NCBI GenBank assembly: GCA_015491615.1
Contig: WFVN01000138.1
Location: 1-32,738 of the forward strand
Reading direction: 5' to 3'
DNA from: Gammaproteobacteria bacterium
Lineage (GTDB): Bacteria; Pseudomonadota; Gammaproteobacteria; S012-40
DNA length: 32,738 nucleotides
The notes beneath the pieces are model-generated. The model searched no databases, was not told the DNA's origin, and saw only the letters and a program-made list of their open reading frames with translations. Shown piece by piece: positions 10,395-19,290 of the stretch; within the stretch, counting starts at the first letter, position 1, and every line of letters starts with the position of its first letter. Position numbers and translations under genes: made by a program.

Positions 10395-11117
10395 ATGGAC
10401 ATCGACAAAGAACGACTCACCCACCACATCTCGCGTCAGTTCAACGCCGAGCTGGAGGACCTGCGCAACCGCGTCCTCACCATGGGAGGCTTGGTGGAAC
10501 AGCAGATCACCGACGCCGTACGCGCCCTGGTAGAAGGGAACACGGAATTGGCCGAGGCGGTCATCCCCCGCGATCACCAAGTGAACGCCCTGGAGGTAGC
10601 CATCGACGAGGAGTGTACCCACGTCATCGCCCGCCGCCAGCCGGCCGCCTCCGACCTGCGCCTCATCATCGCCGTCATCAAGACCATCACCGATCTGGAG
10701 CGCATGGGCGACGAGGCCGAGCGCATCGCCCGCATGGCCATCCACCTGGCCAGTCTGGAGCGCCCCCGCAGCCAATACCTGGAGATCCAGAACCTGGGCG
10801 ATCACGTGCGTCAGCTCACCCACGACGCCCTCGACGCCTTCGCCCGCATGGACGCCGAGGCCGCCGCCCATGTCGCCCAGCGGGACACCAAAGTAGACCT
10901 CGAATACGAAGGCATCATCCGCCAGTCGGTCACTCACATGATGGAGGACCCGCGCTCCATCGCCCGCATCCTCGACGTGATGTGGTCGGCGCGTGCCCTG
11001 GAACGCATCGGCGACCACGCCCGCAACATCTGCGAATACGTCATCTACCTGGTGAAGGGTAAGGACGTGCGCCACACCAGCCTGGAACAACTGGAAAAGA
11101 CCGCGCGCGGCGAGTGA
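10395..11117 (+). CDS. phoU: Phosphate signalling complex protein PhoU
   Basis: 3' part of track ORF 9615..11117. MDIDKERLTHHISRQFNAELE, RRQPAASDLR, DLERMGD and ERIGDHARNICE; GGAGG RBS before ATG 10395. Confidence 0.95.
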   Translation: MDIDKERLTHHISRQFNAELEDLRNRVLTMGGLVEQQITDAVRALVEGNTELAEAVIPRDHQVNALEVAIDEECTHVIARRQPAASDLRLIIAVIKTITDLERMGDEAERIARMAIHLASLERPRSQYLEIQNLGDHVRQLTHDALDAFARMDAEAAAHVAQRDTKVDLEYEGIIRQSVTHMMEDPRSIARILDVMWSARALERIGDHARNICEYVIYLVKGKDVRHTSLEQLEKTARGE

Positions 11118-11122
11118 GCCGA

Positions 11123-11407
11123 TCAGCCGGGAAAATGGTAGTACTTGCGCACCGGGGCGCGGATCTCCCAGATACAGCGCATCCCCGCCGGGAAGGTGAC
11201 CAGGTCGCCCGCCCGCAAAGTCACCGGCGCACCGCCCTCCGGCGTCACCACCACCTCCCCTTCCAACAGGTAGCACACCTCCTCGGCGGCATACTCCCAC
11301 GGAAAGATGCTCACTTCCTTTTCCCACACGGGCCAGGCGGACACGCCCAGCGCCTCCAGGCGTTCCCGCGAGGGCGCCCGTTCGATGACGATCTCTCGCT
11401 CGTTCAC
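11123..11407 (-). CDS. Small cupin (DUF861/EutQ-like) protein
   Basis: WPVWEKEVSIFPWEY, EVCYLLEG, GDLVTFPAG and W..VRKYY; GTG start 2 nt after the speA stop, so probably co-transcribed. Confidence 0.85.
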   Translation of the reverse strand: MNEREIVIERAPSRERLEALGVSAWPVWEKEVSIFPWEYAAEEVCYLLEGEVVVTPEGGAPVTLRAGDLVTFPAGMRCIWEIRAPVRKYYHFPG

Positions 11408-11409
11408 GA

Positions 11410-13302
11410 CTACAGCTCCTCCAGATAGGTATAACCGGACAGACCCGACTCCAACAAGGCCAAGGTCTCGGCGGCCGTCTCCGTCTCCAAGCCTGCTTCC
11501 GCCACCCGCCGGTGGTAATCCTCCATGAGCCGGCGCGGATGGTAGTGGATGTAGCGGAGGATCTCGTCCACCGTGTCTCCCCGTTCCGGCTCCTCCAGAC
11601 GATACCCCTCCTCGGTGAAAGTGAGGTTCACCGAGTGGGTGTCACCGAACAAGTTGTGCAGATCCCCCAGGATTTCCTGATAGGCCCCGACGAGGAAAAA
11701 GCCCAACAGATAAGGCTCACCGGGGCGCAGGGGATGCAGGGGCAGGGTGTGCTCCACCGAGTCGCCTTCCACATAGTCGTCGATGCGCCCGTCGGAGTCG
11801 CAGGTGAGGTCCTGGATCACCCCCCGGCGCGTGGGCGGCTCGTCCAGCCGGTGCAGAGGCACGATGGGGAACACCTGGCGGATGGCCCACACGTCGGGCA
11901 GGGACTGGAACAGGGAGAAGTTGCAGAAATACTTGTCCGCCAACTTTTCCGACAGCTCGTCCCGCAACTCGCGGTGCGCCAAACGGTCGTGGCGCAGCCG
12001 CGACAAGACCTGGCGGCAAATAGCGAAGTACAACGCCTCGGCCATCGCCCGCTGCTCCAGGTCCAACACCCCGTGGCTGAACATGCCCTGCGCCTCCGCC
12101 AACCAATGGGCGGCATCGTGATAGGCCTCCATGGGCGGAGGCGGCGGATCGGCGGCGTAGGTCTCCCACAGGCTGCGGATCACCAAAGGGGCGTCCGCAG
12201 GCGGAGTCGGCGGCTCACGCTCCGGCACCATGCGCTCCACCTCGATGACCCGCGTCACCAACAGGGCGTGGTGGGCGGTCATGGCGCGCCCCGACTCGGT
12301 GATCACATGGGGATGGGGCAGATCGTGCTCGCTGCAGATGGCCCACAGGGCGTGCACCACGTCGCGGGCATACTCCTCCATCGTGTAGTTCATGGAGCAC
12401 TCCGAACGCGAACGGGTGCCTTCGTAGTCCACCCCCAGCCCTCCACCCACGTCGGCGAACTCGATGGGGGCCCCCTGGGCACGCAACTGGGCGTAGAAAC
12501 GGGCAAACTCGTCCATGCCCTTCTGGATGTCGCGGATATTGGCGATCTGCGACCCAAGATGGCAGTGCACCAGGCGCAGGCAATCCAAGGCCTCCGCCTC
12601 GCGCAGACGGGCCACCGCCTCAATCACCTGGGCGGCGGAGAGGCCGAACTTGGACTTTTCCCCCCCGGTGTTCTGCCACTTGCCCTTGCCGATGGAGGCC
12701 AAGCGCACGCGCAAACCCAACAGGGGCCGCACCCCCAGGGCGCGGGCCTCCTCCAGCACCAGGTCCAACTCGGAGGATTTTTCCAGAACGATGAACACGC
12801 GCAGCCCCAGGCGCAGACCGATGAGGGCGAGGCGAATGTACTCGCGGTCCTTGTAGCCGTTGCAGATCACCACCCCACCAGGGCGTGAACGGGCCAGCGC
12901 CACCATCAGCTCCGGCTTGCTGCCGGCCTCCAGGCCCACCGCCCCCGAATCGGTGGCGAGAATATGCTCCACCACCGTGCACTGCTGGTTCACCTTGATG
13001 GGATAGACGGCGGTGTAACCGCCTTCGTAGCCTTCGCCCGCCATGGCCCGGGCGAAGGCCTGGTGCAGGCGCCGCACCCGGTCGTGGAGAATGTCGCTGA
13101 CGCGGATCAACAGCGGCAGATCCAGCCCCTGGGCCCTGGCCTCCTCTACCACCGTCTCCAGGTCCACGGAACGGACACTGTCCGCCGATGGACGCACCCG
13201 CAGGCGACCGTCCATACCGACGAAGAAATAGCCATCGCCCCAATGGGGCATGTTGTAGGTCGCCTCGGCCCGTTTCGGGTCCCAGGGACGCGCCTTTTCC
13301 AT
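11410..13302 (-). CDS. speA: Biosynthetic arginine decarboxylase
   Basis: YPIKVNQ (PLP Lys), GLEAGSKPE, CNGYKD, HLGSQI, DVGGGLGVDY, TESGRA, DLTCDSDG and GAYQEILGDLHNLFG. Start placed at ATG 13302 because the track's 13458 overlaps speE. Confidence 0.95.
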   Translation of the reverse strand: MEKARPWDPKRAEATYNMPHWGDGYFFVGMDGRLRVRPSADSVRSVDLETVVEEARAQGLDLPLLIRVSDILHDRVRRLHQAFARAMAGEGYEGGYTAVYPIKVNQQCTVVEHILATDSGAVGLEAGSKPELMVALARSRPGGVVICNGYKDREYIRLALIGLRLGLRVFIVLEKSSELDLVLEEARALGVRPLLGLRVRLASIGKGKWQNTGGEKSKFGLSAAQVIEAVARLREAEALDCLRLVHCHLGSQIANIRDIQKGMDEFARFYAQLRAQGAPIEFADVGGGLGVDYEGTRSRSECSMNYTMEEYARDVVHALWAICSEHDLPHPHVITESGRAMTAHHALLVTRVIEVERMVPEREPPTPPADAPLVIRSLWETYAADPPPPPMEAYHDAAHWLAEAQGMFSHGVLDLEQRAMAEALYFAICRQVLSRLRHDRLAHRELRDELSEKLADKYFCNFSLFQSLPDVWAIRQVFPIVPLHRLDEPPTRRGVIQDLTCDSDGRIDDYVEGDSVEHTLPLHPLRPGEPYLLGFFLVGAYQEILGDLHNLFGDTHSVNLTFTEEGYRLEEPERGDTVDEILRYIHYHPRRLMEDYHRRVAEAGLETETAAETLALLESGLSGYTYLEEL

Positions 13303-13323
13303 GTCTTGTCGATCACCAGCCGC

Positions 13324-13344
13324 TATAATCGGGCGCCTATTGTA
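13324..13344. promoter_or_regulatory. Opposed -10 hexamers, candidate bidirectional promoter for speE/speA
   Basis: TATAAT on + (13324-13329) and TACAAT on - (13339-13344) within the 70-bp divergent intergenic region. Confidence 0.5.
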
Positions 13345-13372
13345 TAAGAGCGCAAACAAGGGAGCGACGGCG

Positions 13373-14236
13373 ATGTCCGAGGTCATGTCCGGAGGAAAAT
13401 GGTTCACGGAAGTGTGTGAGGAAGGGGGCAGCGCCTTCTCCCTGCAGATACGCGCCAAGCTGCACGAGGAACAGACCCCCTTCCAGAAGATCGAGATCTA
13501 CGAGACCACCCACTTCGGAAATCTCATGATCATCGACGGCTTCATCATGCTCAGCCAGCGGGACAACTTCCTCTACCACGAGATGATCGCCCACCCGGTG
13601 TTGTTCACCCACCCCGACCCCAAGCGGGTGCTCATCGTCGGCGGGGGAGACTGCGGCACCCTGCGCGAAGTGCTGAAACACCCCGGCGTGGAAAAGGTGG
13701 ACCAGGTAGAGATCGACGAACGGGTCACCCGCCTGGCCGAGCAATTTTTCCCCGAGCTCACCGAGGCCAACGACGACCCGCGCGCCCACCTCCACTTCGA
13801 AGACGGCATTCGCTGGGTGGCCGATGCCGCCTACGGCTACTACGACGTCATCATCATCGACAGCACCGACCCCATCGGTCCCGCCGAGGGCCTGTTCACC
13901 CAGGCTTTCTATAGCGACTGCCGCCGCGCCCTGGGCGAAGGCGGCCTCATCGTCCAGCAGAGCGAATCCCCCCTGCTGCACATGAACATCCTCAAGGACA
14001 TGCACCACGCCATGCGCGGCGCCGGCTTCCTCGACACCGCCACTCTCTTTTTCCCCCAGCCCGTCTATCCCACCGGCTGGTGGACGGTGACTATGGCCTG
14101 CAAGGACAACGTCATCAGTGGCTTTCGCAAACGAGATGCCGACGACCGTCCCTTCACCACCCGCTACTACAATGCCGCCGTCCATCGAGGGGCCCTGGCG
14201 GCGCCGGAGTTCTTTTATCCTCGGATTTTCGAGTGA
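13373..14236 (+). CDS. speE: Polyamine aminopropyltransferase (spermidine synthase family)
   Basis: TPFQKIEI, YHEMIAH, VLIVGGGDCGTLREVLKH, VEIDE and IIIDSTDPIGPAEGLF; GGAG RBS before ATG 13373. Confidence 0.93.
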   Translation: MSEVMSGGKWFTEVCEEGGSAFSLQIRAKLHEEQTPFQKIEIYETTHFGNLMIIDGFIMLSQRDNFLYHEMIAHPVLFTHPDPKRVLIVGGGDCGTLREVLKHPGVEKVDQVEIDERVTRLAEQFFPELTEANDDPRAHLHFEDGIRWVADAAYGYYDVIIIDSTDPIGPAEGLFTQAFYSDCRRALGEGGLIVQQSESPLLHMNILKDMHHAMRGAGFLDTATLFFPQPVYPTGWWTVTMACKDNVISGFRKRDADDRPFTTRYYNAAVHRGALAAPEFFYPRIFE

Positions 14237-14469
14237 GTCACAGAAACCCACACCCGATTTGACCCGGCGGTGGCAAAACCCCGGCGATCCAACATTCCGC
14301 CACCCCGGGAACACCCTCTTCAATGAACGACTTCACCACCGAGGCCTTCATACCCAACCCACCTTTGACGAAACACTCGAAATCCCAGGTCGAGCCACAC
14401 GAAACTTCAGGGACACCCCAGTAGAATTCTCCCGACGACCTCCGCTGCCCGCCTCCCTGACCCCTCCGA

Positions 14470-15972
14470 TCACCCCCCCGTCATAAACTGCACACCGGAG
14501 ACGCACCGATAATTCGGATCGAAAAGATCATAATCTTCTGGAATCGAGGTCTTTTTGACTATACGCGCGATATTGTTCAACAGCTTCTCTGCCGGCACCT
14601 TGTTGACGTTGAAGAGTATGGCGACGTTGATTTCCGTATCGATATTCGTTAAATCAGGGTAAAAATACTTGGATACCCGGGCTCCACCAGGCACTCTCGG
14701 TATGGAGCCGTCTTTGGTGACATAATCGTACGTTACCCTATCTTCCACCTTATCCCAACCCAAAACTCTTCCAAATTCATTTTCCACCATACTCTTGATG
14801 GTCTCGGAATCCAGCAAACGACTTTCTGCAACATACGGCTGTCCCAGGACATCGTTACGCGTATCCAGGGCGCAAAGTATCCTCGCCATGTCATGGGCAT
14901 TGGCGGCCCACCCACCGGTGGCTAGACCAAGCATACTATCGATAGTGGGAGCCGGCGGCATCTTACGTTGGGTCTGGTCTTTCTTTTCATCATAGAAGTA
15001 ACTCGTCGCATCAAGATTCGTGAAGGTGTAGGCATCCACGAGATTTGAAAGTCCCAAGGGAGCGAACACATTATCCTGAATGTAATCGTGGTAGGACTGC
15101 CCACTGCGCTCACTGATGAGAAGGCCCAGCACACCGAAACCATGGTTGGAATAACGACGATTTAAACCTGCCTTGAAGCGGAGGGGGACGGCTCGAAATT
15201 GTTTCCCCTCACTTGTTGTGTACACGTAGGTCCCCGCCAACATGGCCGCATGTAGTTGCGCATAGGAAAGCGGAACATTCGCACCGAGATTCCAATAGTC
15301 GCGTGCTACTTTCGTGTTCCCGCTCCTCAAATAACCAGCCGTATGGGAGAGAACATGCCAGACCCGAATCTGGCTGGCCCACTCCAACATCTTCTCAACA
15401 TTGGCTTGGCTCCCCCCTTGATCCAAATATTGAGGCAAGGAATTCACGTCGAGTTCTTCCTTAGAGTTCAGGAGTCTTTCGGGTGCCTCCACCAAGGCGT
15501 CGAGGTAGATCCCAATGTTGTTCAGCGCCCCATCCGGATTGGACAAGAGCCACGGCTCATCGGAAGAACCCGCTCTGGGCCATATCACTTCTATCTGGCT
15601 GCTGTAGACAGGCTGATCGAGGGAAATATCACCCGACTCGACGAGCTGGAGGACACCGATGGCCGTGACCACTTTGCTGACGCTGCCGATGCGGGTACGG
15701 TGCCATGGCTTCATCGCCTCTTGATTTTCTCTGTCAGCCCAGCCGTACCCCTTCCAGAGCACGAGCCGGCCATTTTTGGTCACCGCCACGGTGGCACCAG
15801 GGATCTCGTTATCCTCCAAGTATTTCAATACCAGAGCGTCGATCTCGGTCCCCAGAAGCGGAGTTTGCTTACCGGAAATAGGCGGAGACGAACCACCACA
15901 GGCACTCAGCAACAGAAATACGGATGCGAAAGTCAGAAGTCTGCCGATGGATCGAAAAGTCTCTCTCTCCAT
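14470..15972 (-). CDS. Serine hydrolase, beta-lactamase class C/AmpC-related family, predicted lipoprotein
   Basis: Lipobox LLLSA-C; IPGATVAV, GYGWAD, RIGSVSK (SxxK), LSHTAG and YSNHGF (YxN). Codon usage is much more AT-rich than the neighbours. Start at ATG 15972 (15987 possible). Confidence 0.85.
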   Translation of the reverse strand: MERETFRSIGRLLTFASVFLLLSACGGSSPPISGKQTPLLGTEIDALVLKYLEDNEIPGATVAVTKNGRLVLWKGYGWADRENQEAMKPWHRTRIGSVSKVVTAIGVLQLVESGDISLDQPVYSSQIEVIWPRAGSSDEPWLLSNPDGALNNIGIYLDALVEAPERLLNSKEELDVNSLPQYLDQGGSQANVEKMLEWASQIRVWHVLSHTAGYLRSGNTKVARDYWNLGANVPLSYAQLHAAMLAGTYVYTTSEGKQFRAVPLRFKAGLNRRYSNHGFGVLGLLISERSGQSYHDYIQDNVFAPLGLSNLVDAYTFTNLDATSYFYDEKKDQTQRKMPPAPTIDSMLGLATGGWAANAHDMARILCALDTRNDVLGQPYVAESRLLDSETIKSMVENEFGRVLGWDKVEDRVTYDYVTKDGSIPRVPGGARVSKYFYPDLTNIDTEINVAILFNVNKVPAEKLLNNIARIVKKTSIPEDYDLFDPNYRCVSGVQFMTGG

Positions 15973-16326
15973 GTGGAAACCACCCATATCCCAATGCCGA
16001 CCAAAGACTCTAAAAATAGAGATGATTATAGACAGCAAATAGAGATATAGACAGCCATTTTGTAGAGTCAAACTGTTGTCCGTCGCCGACTCGGCAAGCA
16101 TCGGCCACGAGCGGGATCATGGTCACGTTCCCTAGAGGGTTTTGGGATTCTGACGGGCCAAATCCTGCCTACAACACCATGCTGGAGATATCGATCACTT
16201 TGCCTAGGCCCGCGATTCATCGGGTGGTGAAACGAGAATCTTTCTAGCCCCATAGGCCCAGACTTAGATACATGCCATCGTGTCGCCTCGCGGTCTTCCT
16301 CTCACCTGTGACTTTTGCACCGGAGA

Positions 16327-18234
16327 TCAACGAGCGGAGGGAAAGAAAGCCTTGCGTAAGTAGGCGACGATGGAGTCGATTTCGGCCGGGGTGAGAACTC
16401 GTCCCCAGGCGGGCATGGCGCTGCCGGGAACACCGTAGGCGATGCGCGAGGCCAGGTCGTCGTCGGTGAGGCGCGCCAGGGTCTGATCACGAAGATCACG
16501 AGGCGGGGGCTCGAGGAAAGCGCCGATCCAATTGCGACCACTGCCGTCGGCGGCGTGGCAGAAGGAACAGTTCTCCTGATAGAGCCGCTCCCCCGCTCGC
16601 TCGCGGGGGGTGGCGTCGATCAGGACCGGGGCGCGGTCATGGACGGCATAAGGGGTGGCGCCACTCACCTGGTCCGGGGCACGGTGGTCATAACCGGCGC
16701 GCGGATAAGATACCGCCCACGACCGCCACGGTACCCCTTCGGTTTCCACCCGCGCCCGGTCGTGGCAACTGATGCATGCCCGGAGATAGAGGATGCGGCC
16801 ACGCTGCTGCGCCGGGGTGAGGCGGTCCACCGGCCGGTCCAGGGGGATCTCTCCCAAGGCGAAGGGAAAGGCATCGCGGTAACGGTCGTGGTCGGGCCAG
16901 CCGTTCTCGGCGGTGTGGTAATCGCCGGCCGGGGCTTTGGCGACGACGAAGCGCGTATGGACGAAGCGAGCCACGGCACGCATGTCCGCCTCCTCGAGGA
17001 CGCGGGCGAAGGATTGCATGGCGGTTCCGGGACGCCCTTCCCGCAGGACGCGGACGATGGCCTCGACGGTCAGGCGCTCGGGGTCGGCGGCGGTGAAATC
17101 CACCGGCGGTGGATCAAGGAAGGTGGCGGCCAGAGTCTTGGCGTCGCCGTCGTAGCCGTGGCAGAAGTAACAGCGGAAGTCGTAGATGCGCCGGCCACGG
17201 GCCAGCTCCGGCTCGGGATCTTCGCCGCGAACGTCCTCTCTTGCGTCGCCCCCTCCCGCTTCTCCTTCGCGCGGGCGAATGAAACGAATGAACACGTACT
17301 CGGCCACGTCGGCGATCTGCTGCGGGGTGAGGACCTTGCCCCAAGCAGGCATGACGGTTCCCCGCTTGCCTCGTTCGATGGCCTGGTAGAGGTGCGCCCG
17401 ATCGAAACGGGCGCGACTGGCGGTGCTGGTGAAGTCACGCGGAGGCGGGTGGATGAAGTGGGCGCGGGGGCCGTCACCGCGCCCGTCCCGCCCGTGACAT
17501 TCATAACACTGCCCCTGGAAGATGGCTTCGCCGCGTAGGGGGTCGCCCTCGAGATTGCCGGGATACCCCCTGGCGGATACGGTCGCTCGTAGCAAAGACG
17601 CCTCATACCGCGCCCGCCCGAGGAAGCGCTCGCGCACGAAGTCCACTACTCGTTCGATCTCTTCCGGCGACAGGCGCGAGACGAAAGGCATCATGGCGGT
17701 GCCCGGGCGTCCGTGGGTGACGGCGTCGATCATGCGCTCGCGGGTGAGCGTCCCAGGATCGGCCTGAGTGAAATCCCGTGGCGGTGGTTTGAAGCTGTTG
17801 CGCGCCCACATCGCCGCCGCGCCATCGTCCCCGTGGCAGACGGCGCAATGCCGCCGGTAGAGGGCCTCGCCGTTCTTCTTATCATCCGAGCCGCCATTTC
17901 CTTTTCCCCTTTTGGCAGGCATGAAGCGACGGCGCACGAAGTCCACCACTTGCTCGATCTGCTCCGGGGTGAGACGCGAGGCGAAGGGCATCATGGCAGT
18001 ACCCGGGCGTCCGTGGGCGACGGCGTCGATCATGCGCTCGCGGGTGAACGTCCCAGGATCGGCCTGAGTGAAATCTCGTGGCGGCGGCTTCAATGAACGG
18101 GCGGCGCGGGAGTCACCGTCTCCCCGCTCTCCGTGGCAAACGGCGCAATGGGCTTGATAGAGACGTTCCCCTTCGTCCGCCAAAGCGACATTCATGGCTA
18201 CATAGACGCACAACCAAAGCAGGTGGCGTTTCAT
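16327..18234 (-). CDS. Periplasmic multidomain c-type cytochrome, 6 CXXCH motifs
   Basis: Signal peptide; CAVCH, CAVCH, CYECH, CYFCH, CISCH and CSFCH. Five domains have the class I pattern CXXCH..G.G..PPPRDF..G(T/S)(A/V)M. Start 18234 or 18255. Confidence 0.9.
   Translation of the reverse strand: MKRHLLWLCVYVAMNVALADEGERLYQAHCAVCHGERGDGDSRAARSLKPPPRDFTQADPGTFTRERMIDAVAHGRPGTAMMPFASRLTPEQIEQVVDFVRRRFMPAKRGKGNGGSDDKKNGEALYRRHCAVCHGDDGAAAMWARNSFKPPPRDFTQADPGTLTRERMIDAVTHGRPGTAMMPFVSRLSPEEIERVVDFVRERFLGRARYEASLLRATVSARGYPGNLEGDPLRGEAIFQGQCYECHGRDGRGDGPRAHFIHPPPRDFTSTASRARFDRAHLYQAIERGKRGTVMPAWGKVLTPQQIADVAEYVFIRFIRPREGEAGGGDAREDVRGEDPEPELARGRRIYDFRCYFCHGYDGDAKTLAATFLDPPPVDFTAADPERLTVEAIVRVLREGRPGTAMQSFARVLEEADMRAVARFVHTRFVVAKAPAGDYHTAENGWPDHDRYRDAFPFALGEIPLDRPVDRLTPAQQRGRILYLRACISCHDRARVETEGVPWRSWAVSYPRAGYDHRAPDQVSGATPYAVHDRAPVLIDATPRERAGERLYQENCSFCHAADGSGRNWIGAFLEPPPRDLRDQTLARLTDDDLASRIAYGVPGSAMPAWGRVLTPAEIDSIVAYLRKAFFPSAR
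17623..18162. repeat. Intragenic tandem duplication with 300-bp period (cytochrome domains 1 and 2)
   Basis: 17623-17862 aligns with 17923-18162 at an exact 300-nt offset; 17701-17790 vs 18001-18090 match at 84/90 nt by manual count. Confidence 0.92.
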
Positions 18235-18379
18235 AAGCGAAGACGACGGGGGCATGGGGCGGTTGGCTTGGATCGGGGGTTTGCGCTAACCTACGGCGGC
18301 ACGACAGAACGACGAAACCGCGTGCGAGGGGGGATCATACCGGGCCATGGCCAGGGGGGGCAAACGCAACGTCGAGAGG

Positions 18380-19156
18380 ATGTATCGGCACCTGCCGACA
18401 GCGGTGTTCGCCGTGCTCCTGGCGGCCCTGGCGGCCTTGCCCGGCTGGAGCGACACCCTCATCGGTGACCCGGTGGCAGGCGCCAACGACCCCATTCTCG
18501 GTTCCAAACACGACTTCACTGGGTTGAACCGCCGTGCCGGCGTGTTCGCCATGCCGGGAGTGGCCTTCTCCGACTACGGCAACCCCTGCGTCTACTGTCA
18601 CCTCCCTCCGGAGAAGGCCGAGGTGGATGAGACGAAGGAAGGGGCCATCCCCGACTGGAACCGTTTCTACCCCGCCACCGATGCCTACCGGCTCTACGAC
18701 AGCACTTACATGGACTCCAAGACGCGCACCCCCAGCCCCATCAGCCTGCTTTGCCTTTCCTGCCACGACGGCACCATGGGAGTGGACATGGTGGTCTTCC
18801 CGCCGACCGATTTCGACAGCGCCCAGGATGAGGCCCTGCACATGCGCATCCATGGCGCCGACGACGTCGTCTCCTGCGGCAAGTGCCACAACGGGCGCGT
18901 GGCGCACGACATCTCCATCAAGCACATCGGCACCGACCTGCGCAACGATCATCCCATTTCCATGCGCTATGCCGGTCTGTTGCGCGCGGACGAGGACTTC
19001 CGCCTCCCCGATACTCCCGAGGGTTTCAACAACGGTGTGCGCTTGTACGAAGGACGGGTCGAGTGCGCTTCCTGCCACAACGTCCACAACCCGGAGAAGG
19101 ACCTGCTCCTGCGAGCCGACTCGGACCTGCTCTGCCAGACATGTCACACCAAGTAG
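18380..19156 (+). CDS. Periplasmic pentaheme cytochrome c (cytochrome c3-like / doubled-CXXCH type)
   Basis: Signal peptide; CVYCH, CLSCH, CGKCH, CASCH and CQTCH; extra His motifs GSKHD, NDHPI and HNVH as likely distal ligands. Start 18380 or 18347. Confidence 0.9.
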   Translation: MYRHLPTAVFAVLLAALAALPGWSDTLIGDPVAGANDPILGSKHDFTGLNRRAGVFAMPGVAFSDYGNPCVYCHLPPEKAEVDETKEGAIPDWNRFYPATDAYRLYDSTYMDSKTRTPSPISLLCLSCHDGTMGVDMVVFPPTDFDSAQDEALHMRIHGADDVVSCGKCHNGRVAHDISIKHIGTDLRNDHPISMRYAGLLRADEDFRLPDTPEGFNNGVRLYEGRVECASCHNVHNPEKDLLLRADSDLLCQTCHTK

Positions 19157-19290
19157 CCCGCTTGGCAAGGGGCCACCACACAACGCCCGGAGCTCATCGG
19201 CAACCCGTGAACGGCTGGCTCGCCCCGACCCGATTTTGCCGCCTTTCCCCGTCGCACGACACCGAAGAGCCACCGAACGAAACGACTGCC

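Noticed and set aside
13303-13458. Extended, overlapping N-termini of speA and speE
   Set aside because: Family similarity starts at 13302 and 13373, and the region between carries promoter-like hexamers.
14262-14309. Imperfect inverted repeat CCCGG-C-GGTGGC...GCCACC-CCGGG after speE; GGCAAAACC recalled a c-di-GMP-I riboswitch
   Set aside because: The remaining riboswitch elements are absent, there is no U-tract, and no same-strand gene follows.
18269-18284. Possible sigma54 site TGGATCGGGGGTTTGC
   Set aside because: GG-to-GC spacing is 11, not the required 10.
18883-19290. Long N-terminal extension on the NHL protein
   Set aside because: It overlaps the pentaheme gene out of frame; the lipoprotein signal starts at GTG 19291.
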